The notes beneath the pieces are model-generated. The model had not been told where the DNA came from, made no database searches, and saw nothing but the letters and a program-made list of their open reading frames with translations. From Intoshia linei (lineage: Eukaryota; Animalia; Orthonectida): DNA of 45,532 nucleotides. The DNA is taken from NCBI GenBank assembly GCA_001642005.1, contig LWCA01000162.1:1-45532 (forward strand). The letters are read 5' to 3'. The first letter of the stretch is position 1. Each line of letters starts with the position of its first letter. Positions 1-14,641 of this stretch are shown here, piece by piece. Both the position numbers and the translations under genes were made by a program.

Positions 1-411
1 CCTTGAAAAAGATCATCAGAAATTCCGAGAAAACAATCTTTTAAAAATTGACCATCTGAAAACGGTTTTCCATTTTTTGCTAACATCTAGTTTAATTTAA
101 AAGATGAAATCGTTACTTTTTGTGACTTTTTACAGAATATTGACATTGATTTTTTTGTCCCAAAAATTGTTCATTAAGGCTATTAACAGGCCTTAAGGTT
201 AAGAACATGTGAACAATGTTCAGTGAGTATACATTGGGATAATTAATAAATAATTTTCTAATTCCAGTAGATAATATATATTTAAAGTACATGTATGTCA
301 AATAAAAAAATAATTTTAAATTTTTTTTTTAAAATTTAATTTTCTATAAATAATAATTTGTATATTCCAGCGATCGACTCAAAAAATTTCGGGACCTGTT
401 GGCCACCCCTG
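1..411 (-). mobile_element. hAT (Buster/SPIN-like) element end with transposase N-terminal remnant, runs off window
   Basis: Terminal GTTGGCCACCCCTG ending 411 followed by GTATACAT (nnnTAnnn). Minus strand 86..1 translates MLAKNGKPFSDGQFLKDCFLGISDDLFQ, the 'AKxGKPFxDGEFxKxC' motif of GTF2IRD2/SPIN-like transposases. Confidence 0.75.
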
Positions 412-644
412 GTATACATGATCAATATGTATGTCACTACGTGTCGTTTGTCAAAAAATTTTTAAGGACCTATATATCAATTTTGGGTGACTACGAACTG
501 CGTAGGTTCGGCTCTGCATGCATTTATATTTATTATTTTATTGGGAGAATTTTATTAATTATAATTATTATTTTATTATTCATATACTGTAGTGTATACA
601 TGTATTTATTGTTCTTGTACGCTGTACAATAATATAAAAATTAC

Positions 645-855
645 CTTCAATGACATCAGTTATTTTTTCATAAATTTTTTTTTTGTATTGAGAATCTTTA
701 TTGAAAATATATTCACCAACCAAGCATATTTCAATAGAGTCAAATGTTGTGTCTGTTGATATATTAAATCGTACATTTCCACAAATGTATTTCCCTTTTA
801 TATATGGTCCAGAATGATTTAACGTTATCTCCGATGTATACTTCTTTATTGGCAT
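645..855 (-). CDS. Alpha-arrestin (ARRDC)-like protein, first exon only; remaining exons unresolved
   Basis: MPIKKYTSEITLNHSGPYIKGKYICGNVRFNISTDTTFDSIEICLVGEY resembles the arrestin-N start (Y..G..I.G.V....I.I.L.G). Phase-1 donor G|GTAA at 645/644. Similar to exon 1 of the gene at 5666-5936. Confidence 0.5.
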
Positions 856-1031
856 TGATACTTATCATATTGACATTAATTTGTTTGTATTACTATGTTG
901 TAGTTTAGTTTCGTGGTATTTTCGATTTTTACATCGTTTTTTATTGGAAAACGTGAATAAAATAATAACGGTTATTATTTATCCCGCCAATTTTCCCAAA
1001 ATGGAACATGGTTTTCAAATATTGTTTACAG

Positions 1032-2121
1032 TAGGGGTGGGTAACCAGTGGCCCACAGAATAATTTTGATGGCCCTTAGAGTAAATATGTACATTATTTA
1101 TTTTTAAATTTATATTAATTAATATATAATATATTATATATCCTTACATATAAATATGTATAATATGCATAGGTTCTCAACCTTTTTTTCAGAAGGGCCA
1201 CATTATATCAATATGAAATAATTTGTAACCATCGCGGGCCACAATTTTTATTTTATTGCTAGTAAATTTATGAAACAAAAAAATGTAAATCCACTTACTA
1301 TATTTTTAATTACTTCATTTATTATTATTTTTATAATATTTATTATATATAATTAATAATTTATTAATGATAATTAACAATTTTAGTAGTGTTTATAATA
1401 TTTGACAATTAATTAAACTTTTGGTTATTTTTTTTGCCGATAATAATTGAAATCTCGGTAAAGTTCCTAATTGTAACATAACTTCCAAATGTTGATTAGA
1501 TGTTTTACTTTTAAATTTATTTTTAATAAATTTCATATTCGAAAAAGCAGATTTACATGAATATTTTGTTCCAAATACAATGTAACGTTATGTCGATAAT
1601 TTCAATACCCATAAATGCAATTTATAAAAATGTTGGTTATGTTTAATCATTAGCCATATTGTATAGGATATACATGTAGTAAATTATTACCAAAAATATC
1701 TTTTACTGAGAAACTATTTTTAAAGGCAATAAACTCCAGTAATCCATTTTGCAGTCCCATTCTTTGAAATTCTTTGATTTATTACTATATTAAAGAATCA
1801 TTTATAACGAAAATAAAACCAGAATATTAAAATATAACATTTTTTTAATGGCTGTTATAATAATATAATAAACATGTTTACTATTTTATACTAATTGATC
1901 TTTTCTAAAAATATTTGTGTACTGTTAGGGGAGGTCGCAAAATATATTTTTTGGGAACCACTGTTAAGAATTTGTTCACTGTTGGAATAAGACAAAACAA
2001 ACAAACAAAAATATTCAAAAATTACATAGAAATATAAAAATTTGTTTGTCGTTGTTTTGTCGTAACTAAATTTTTGTCATAAAAAAGTAGGCCACGAAAA
2101 GCAAAATAATTCCGACCACTG
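1032..2121. mobile_element. Degenerate hAT MITE containing a nested hAT fragment (~1168-1790) with transposase C-terminal remnant
   Basis: Left TAGGGGTGGGTAACC after GTTTACAG; right TCCGACCACTG before ATTTATAG (6/8 TSD match). The left end is similar to 20683. The inner segment is similar to 38504-38960 and on the minus strand encodes ..KSAFSNMKFIKNKFKS.. (hAT dimerisation region). Confidence 0.65.
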
Positions 2122-3095
2122 ATTTATAGTACATTATAAATTGTTTACATATTTTATCAGATGAATAAAAAATCTATTTTAATGTATTATTTAAATGTAT
2201 TTTATCTATCATCCCTGTAAAAAATTAATATTTTGTATCCCTTAGTTGATGTTTCAGAGAAAAAAGAATATTGACATATTTTTTGTCTCATTTTCAATTT
2301 GAAATTTAAAGATTTTGTTTTGTGACTAGAAAATTGGCTTGGTCATAAATTATTTTACATCAAATTTAAAACACTGTAATTGTGAAATAATATAAATTAC
2401 TATCAAGTGGTGACTTGTCAGAAAAAAAATTTAAATTTTTTCTCAGATTAATACAATACAAACCCATTTTCCCAAAATGGACCAATAGAGGTTTCACAGT
2501 AAGTTTTTACAATTATGATTAATTTAATACCAAATAATTTACTTTTACCTGATTTGCACGTTTATATTCGTATTTTGAGCCATTTTTATTTATATAAACG
2601 ATATTAACGAAAAATATCAAAATAATATCTATATACAGTAGTAGTATATATAGTAATAATAATAAAGAAGATAATATCCAGTATATATCAATAATACCAA
2701 ATGTTAAATTAATTTCAATTTTTATTTAATATGACAGTATAAAATTAAGTAGTTACAATGATTTCGAATTTAAGAGAACAATTTTCATTCGTACTAAGAT
2801 GTTTACATTTTGCAACAATCTAAACAATATTACTTTAGAATAATTATATAAATTTAATTTTATTGGCAATCATATTATTTTAATAAGGTATGCGCAATGC
2901 ACATTGATAAAACTTCTTAGGGATCGGGTCACCTTAAAAATATTTTTAAATGTAACAAAAATGTACTCTGATTTTAATTTTTGCATGTTATATACTGCTG
3001 TACTTATTGAATTTAATTAAAATCGTTTTTTATATAATTTTATCTTTACGATTGATTAATATTTCATTTAACTTTAAAATATTTTTAAAATTCTT

Positions 3096-5936
3096 TTATA
3101 CCACAAAAATGCATATTGATAACCGCAATTTGTCAATATGTGTGTTATATAATTGGAGAGTCTCTAATAGAGACACCTCTGTATATTACTCAAATTTATT
3201 AAAGTCTAAATAAAATACCATTACCTCTAGATAATCTATACATTCAATTTCTGTAATTATATTAGGAAAACTTGGTAGACATGTTGACGGTATTTCAATA
3301 AAAGCTATTTCATCTACAGTCATTTTTGGTAAAACATCGGTCACTAAATAATACAAATACAATTTTTATAGTGGATAATGTCAATTAGAAATATAAAAAT
3401 TTGTGGTCACATGGAGAATGGCTTCGATAAATCCTGATGTACAATGTACAAAAAAGTAATGTAGTTTAACAAGCTACCTGATAATAGACTTTAACTCAGT
3501 GGTACCCGGATGAGTACCGTGGACCCCTTATCGTCCAAAACTATATGTATGGTGTCCGTGGAGTTAATAAAAATATAAAAAAATTTTATCAATTTTTCTT
3601 TATTTTTATAGGAGAATTTTTAATATTTATTACAGAAATATCAGATGTTATAAATTTATCCCAAAGCCTATACGACCGCTACATTATTATATCAAAAGCC
3701 CCACTTTTATTACACCATTAATAAAATTTAAAAATAACAAAAATAAAACATACCATTTCAAACACCCAGGGAAAAATCGATTTTTACCGATATTTTTTAG
3801 AAAAATCGACTTAATCCACCACAATATAAAAAATCCAGTTTTACCAACCCGTTTTCAAATATATTTTTGAAAACCATTTTACCAAATCTTATGAGAAAAT
3901 GTTTTCATAAATGGTTTATATTTCATGTTTACTTTAGTCTAAAGCAGTTTTTCTCAACCTTTTCTCGCTGTGAATCATATTTTATTCTAAAAATTTCTAA
4001 AAAGAACCACCATAAACCAACGTTTCCCAAATGCCGGTTAATAGATGAAATTTTATATTAACGAATATACTTTAATTTCAATTTTTTACTTATATAAAAT
4101 TGAATGTCTCTGTCTTTGTGTGTTTCTGTGTGTTACTGTTTAATTACAAAAGTGACAGTCGTAGAATTTGAGTCCTTCAGAGTCAAAAACCCAATGTTCC
4201 CTTTAAACTTCCTCTAACCTAAACTCTTCAAACCTAAAACCTTTAAATTCTGGGACATACATTAATTAAATCTCATAAATTAAACGCTTTATAAAATCAT
4301 TAACATTGCGTAAATCTCAGCCTCAGAAACGCACACGTTCATGGTCAAAATGTCCTAAGATTTTTTCAAACGACGGATTTTTTAAAATAATATCAAAATT
4401 TATAAAGTAACGTTATATTTCTTGTCGGCACACAGGGGAAAAATCACTGATCTAAAATAACATACATAAGATAACCATGTGTTAAAGAGAATTATTGGTT
4501 ATATGGGTCGATTCTTTAAAAAATTTAGTTACAATAACAACTTTTTTATAAATTATGGATGGGCGACTTTAAAAAAATATCTGTGAAGTATGGGCTTACG
4601 GATGCGATTCTAAAAAAAGATTGATAACCCCTGGGTTAGACTTTATATAAAATTACATCGCCAAACATCCATAATATTAAAGGAAGAACTATTTTTATTT
4701 CCTTTTGATTTGAAACAATACTTTATAACCCGAATAATTTGTGCATTCAATGTGTAGCTAAAATTGCTAATATTTGCAAAACTGTATCCTAATGAAATAG
4801 ATTCTCCAATTTTGTAAATTGATTTTGGTATTTTTGCCATAAGTTTTGATTGACCAGATGAAATACAATAACAAAGGGTTGAATTCAACAGTGATTTTTT
4901 AATTTTTTGCTTTTCATCCTATAAATTAAAAGAATAAGTAAAAAAGAATGATAAATACAAAATACCAATATATTAGATATATAATTATATATCTAATAAT
5001 CTATTGAAAAATAAAATTACCAAATTATATTTACAATGTAAAACATAATACCATTTTTTATTTGTGAAAATTTCGAAAAATCTCGTATAAAGATTGCCCC
5101 ATCATGGATACGATCATTGATCAATTATTAATTTTTATTCTGATATATACAATTTATTTTTTATGGTTAAATTATTGTGTATAATTTACCTTCAACAGAC
5201 TAATTTCTTGTTCTGCTATAATATTAATAGGAAAAGTAATCTCCTTCTCACCATTAATATAAACATTAAGATAATAATATATTCGTATATGCTCATCACT
5301 ATAAGTTGTGGCATATCTAGGAAAAAATTATATATTACAGTGTTTCACACATGGGGTCCTCTAAAAATTGATGACATTGCTTTACTCGTTCAAAAAAAAT
5401 AGTTTTACATTGAATGAATGCATTCGTAAATTATCACTGTTAATTGTCATTTATCACTTTGTCACATATTACCTATAACGCTGTACCTGGACCACATACA
5501 TGACATACAAAAAATTTTCAGTACGTTGTAATATTTAGGAACCGCTAATACATAGTAAAATATTACCCTCGGACTCCTATATAAATTGAAAATGAAATCA
5601 ATTGATATCCAACTTTGAGTACATGTTTGTCTACAAGTGTTTCAATCAGAAAAATCAACCGTTACCTGATATAATCGTGTATTGGTTTTTGATAAATTTT
5701 TTTTCGAAAAAGTTGTTAACCTTATCAATTTCATCAAATGTTTTTTTATTTTTCAGAGAACTAGGTTTAGTAGTTGCACCGTTGATCTCATACACTCCAA
5801 CTAAATCAATAGTTACATCATCTATTGTTGCTTCTCCAGTTGTGACCAAAAAACTTACATTTCCAGTAATGTCACTATTGGTATGAAAACTATCTGTGAA
5901 ACTATCTAAAACTAAAGCGGTTTTAAAATTTTTCAT
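3096..5936 (-). CDS. Alpha-arrestin (arrestin-domain-containing) protein, ~307 aa
   Basis: Phase-compatible exons 5936-5666, 5630-5567, 5316-5190, 4918-4657, 3343-3225 and tentative 3176-3096. Arrestin-N motif HVLKVGYQLISFSIYI..YATTYSDEHIRIYYYL; arrestin-C motif CYCISSGQSKLMAKIPKSIYKIGESISL..N and IEIPSTCLPSF..IDYLE. Confidence 0.7.
3497..4633. mobile_element. Nested hAT MITE cluster in arrestin intron (inner element 3945-4449)
   Basis: CAGTGGTACCC at 3497 and TTGATAACCCCTG ending 4633, each flanked by nnnTAnnn. Inner CAGTTTTTCTC...GAAAAATCACTG with TSD GTCTAAAG/ATCTAAAA. Confidence 0.65.
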
Positions 5937-6037
5937 AGGATATCAGTTGAAAATAAATATTTGTTCTAGATATTATGAAACTATTTACATTTATATTGCG
6001 CATCCAGATTATATTCGAATATCGAGCAAGTGTAATG

Positions 6038-6734
6038 CAGTGTTTCCCAACCTGGGCGATGCGAAAATATATATTTTTAATTTTTTTCAACAAATTAAAT
6101 TTTCAATTTTATCAAATCAAAAAAAATTGAATTAAATTGAACGATAATTAATTTTTTAAAGAGTTTAAGTAATTATCTGTGTAGTAGGTATGTTGCCTTT
6201 TATATTTTAATAAAATTTAGTTATGCTTGCTTCCAAAAAATATGTTCGTGGATATTCTACCGATTATTTAAAATTTGGTTTTATTGAATCTAGTGTTTCG
6301 AAATAATTACCGTTCTTTTTGTAATTGTAATTGACATTGTAAAACGAAGCTATGAAACCATCCCGTCTATTATATTACCTTAAATCACAACATCCAAGTA
6401 ATGTGAAAAGCGAGCTAAATTTTGTAAAGATGTCTATCAAAAATTTCAGAACCGTCATACTTTAAAAATATATTATTTAAAAACCACCATATAAAAAATA
6501 AAAATGTATTAATGGCATCTTATCGCAAGAGCCGGCAAAGATTATACTGTTGGTGAAATTTTGATTCAGTCAAAACAAAATATCTGTATTTGTTCGTGCA
6601 TACAATATATACTAGTTATATACTATAGTATAACGTTACATTTTGAAATTGATTTTTTATTTTTATAGGGCGATAAAAATAATATATTTAATAAAATTCT
6701 AAAAAATGGGCGATAACGCAAAATGGGTTTAAAG
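6038..6734 (+). mobile_element. hAT Buster (ZBED5/SCAND3-like) deletion derivative with decayed transposase N-terminus
   Basis: Left TIR CAGTGTTTCCCAACC; exact 8-bp TSD GTGTAATG (6030-6037 and 6735-6742). Interrupted ORF from 6223 with RGYSTDYLKFGFI, NEAMKPSRL..LKSQHP and ASY..AGKDYTVGEILI. Confidence 0.85.
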
Positions 6735-6869
6735 GTGTAATGTATCGTGGGTTCAAATGTCATTATCTCATTCAAGGTGAAAGTTATTCACTATTACTAA
6801 ATAATATAACATACTATTTTACATGTCAATTATAATATTATACAAATTGACATAGCATATTATACATAA

Positions 6870-6925
6870 CTAGCTTGGCTGTTTTGTACTACGTACAAAC
6901 AGCACTTAGCTCTGCCAAGGGCACT
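6870..6925 (-). mobile_element. Probable Helitron 3' end
   Basis: Minus strand: hairpin CTGTTTGTAC-GTA-GTACAAAACAG, then CCAAG-CTAG followed by T. Homologous copy at 29576-29632. Confidence 0.5.
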
Positions 6926-7007
6926 CTTTTATTATACCAAAAAAATAAATTCACGTTGAAAATTTAACTTAAAAATCCTACTATTAACTATTATCAATCC
7001 TTTAAAG

Positions 7008-8227
7008 GAGTGGTTCCCAAATTTGTATTAGGTGGAACCGTCATATCACATTACTTTTTACTTTAAAGTGAATTATTCCATCTTAATTTTTTTTGTTAAC
7101 ATTTGCGTAAAGAATTTTAAAAACAATTATCTCATTTTTTTAATTTATTAGACAGAATGTATGTATAATATTAAAAATAAAGTAAAAACAGTTTAATCCT
7201 AAAAATTGTCATAAATAGCATGAATTCCAGCAAAATAAAATTATAAAAAACTTAATTTGTCATTTTCAATGTGATGATATATACTCAGAACCAATTTAAT
7301 AAATACTTAAAAATACCAATTGTGTATCAATAATTAACCAATCAATAAGTAAATACGATAAAAAATAATTACAAACAGTTCAAACTTTGAAATAAAAATT
7401 AGCAAGTAATAAAACTACTTAAATAATAAACGTATAATGTAGTATGTATATTATTATTAAAATTTTTGTTATTACTAGTAGGTGGTGATTTTAGATTAAT
7501 CAATTAATAACCTTTACATTTGACATTAAAATTAAATTAATAATTATGAATGTTTATTTGATAATTTTTTATACAAAGGTTTTTATTAAATCACTAATGT
7601 TTGGTTTCTGATTATAATCTCATTGTACGCTCATTGAAGATAAACTACTCTACTCAAGATAACTTGTTTATATAGTATAATAAGATATTATTGTCTTGAA
7701 ATAAAACGATTGAACGATTCTATTTGATAAAACGACGCATTAAAATGGTCATGACTGAATAAACATGAATGGAATATGATATACGCGATCATATCAACCC
7801 TAGAAGGAACAAAACTATTTCCCATCTTTGTGGATTTCTTAAAAATTCTCTTTTAAATGCAATAAATTTGATTATCTAGGAGAGCTTCGTAAATAAAATA
7901 CTTGTAAAAAATTATGAATGGATATTATCCATTAGATATTTTATAGAATTTATAGTAACTGAATCATATCCAATTGAAACCGATTCCAATCATGACCAAG
8001 AAAGTAGAAACTTAATTGGCATATCAATTAGGAAAGGAATTTCAAAATACTATTGACCAGGCCAATTTAACTGAAAGTAAACAATCTCTATTAAAAAAAA
8101 AAAATTTACAAGTTTAACCAAGATAAAGTGTTTTAAAGGATATAATTAGGATAGTATGAATTATGGAAGAGAGAATGTGTGAATTGTGGGCTTAGGGGCG
8201 ATTCTAAAAAGAGGTTGAGAACCCCTG
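7008..8227. mobile_element. hAT MITE ends enclosing a dispersed repeat
   Basis: GAGTGGTTCCCAAA after CTTTAAAG; GGTTGAGAACCCCTG before TTCTATAT. The flanks differ, so this may be composite. Internal ~7480-7840 recurs at ~12630-13023. Confidence 0.55.
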
Positions 8228-8538
8228 TTCTATATGGACAGTTTCCAAAAGATTTACAATCAACAAAAACAGTAATTATTGAAATATCATTGGAATGTGA
8301 CACATTTATGTTTAATGCTCATTCATGTCTAATTTCATTGATAAATTATTATTTTTCAGGGTCCCTCGGAAATTTATAGTGCAAATTGGGGTTATTGATT
8401 AAAAATGTATAGCGACCCATATTGTAGAAGAAATGTATCTACGGAAAGTTTAAATAACATTTTATTTAACCTGCATAAACAAATGTATCATTTAAATGTA
8501 TTAAACAAACTTATTAAACTATAAGTTATGTACTTGTA

Positions 8539-8890
8539 CAGAGCTGTCTTAAGCCACTTCGTGGCCCTGGGCTAAGCAAAGGACCAGGGCCTTTACTTAT
8601 TTGAGCGATGCGATAAAAAAATGGGTCTCCTGTTTAAAAGACAGGGCATACTGTTGGTTGGATACTTAGAGTCTTATTTCATTGAGTATTAATAAAAGCA
8701 TTATATTTTAAAATGAATAATTACCAGAACTTTGATTCTTTAAACTATTTTCTTTCTAGCTATTTGAATTCCCACACTTCAAAACTTATAAACTGATTCT
8801 TAAGATATAAATGTGAAGTATTTTTTAATAAATTGGGGCCTCTTTTAATGAGGGGACATGGGCTACATCCCATGCCTTAAAACGGCTCTG
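8539..8890. mobile_element. hAT MITE (Tip100/Blackjack-like ends), 352 bp
   Basis: TIR CAGAGCTGTCTTAAG / CTTAAAACGGCTCTG; exact 8-bp TSD TACTTGTA on both sides. Confidence 0.9.
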
Positions 8891-9718
8891 TACTTGTATA
8901 AAAAAATGATAAATTCCGGAAATAATGTCGAAAATGTATGAATGTTATCGAATTACTAAAATGCTTTTTCTAATTAATCCTTTCTGTTTTTTGTTTGTTT
9001 ATTGTCCAGCACATTACTGATTTTAATTATTATATGTCTATTAACTGCTCAGAAAACTGCAATAAAGATAATTCCTATTATTATTGAACGGACGGTATTT
9101 TCTGGAAAAAGGTTAAGAAACGAAATTCTATCTAAAATGAAAATCGCTCTTTTTCTTTTTATTTATATTTAAATTTTTACGAGGGTCAATATATGCTACA
9201 TGATTCTAACATATGCAAATATCACATAGATAGTATCTATCATTAATTAAATTTACAATAATAATACAATTATATTATCAAGACAAAATCAAATGCCTAC
9301 TTATCACTTATATCCTTAAATAATGTAAAAGTTGTTAAAAGTGTGTCTTTGTGTTACCATTTCATTACAATATTGAAAGTCCAAAACATTAAAAATCAAA
9401 TAATAATTCAGTTTTTTCTGCCTTTAAATTTTTATTAAAATAACAATATAAACAACGCATCAATCAATATACAATATATGTAAATGTTAATTTCTAATAA
9501 TATAATTAATTAAAGTCAATCATTGATAATCCTCTTAAAAGTAACATCTTGTCGTCAAAATTAATCACTTTTGAGACTGACAAGTTGTCACTGACAATTG
9601 CATACAAAATAAAAATCAGCTGTCTAGCGAATAAAATTACATTATTACAAGTTTCATGCGGTAAATTTTTAATTAATGAAACAAATCGTATTTATAAATA
9701 AAATAAGGTATTATTTGG

Positions 9719-14540
<4,822 letters not shown>

Positions 14541-14641
14541 GTATTTTTCAGTAAATTTATTTTATAAATTTACATAAATTGTACTTTATTGAATATTTTT
14601 GAATATTCCTGATAAATAAGAACTAATTGATAAGTAAAAAA

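Noticed and set aside
485-520. GGTTCG B-box-like motif (also GGTTCAAAT at ~6750) suggesting tRNA or SINE
   Set aside because: No cloverleaf or properly spaced A-box can be built.
5567-5576. Apparent 10-nt microexon in the arrestin gene
   Set aside because: An upstream acceptor at 5631 gives a 64-nt exon with a 35-nt intron that restores the expected arrestin strand.
5602-5886. 94-aa plus-strand ORF, and the many other 60-105 aa I/F/K/Y-rich ORFs
   Set aside because: Antisense or off-frame to real exons, or chance ORFs in AT-rich TE/intron DNA, often with non-ATG starts.
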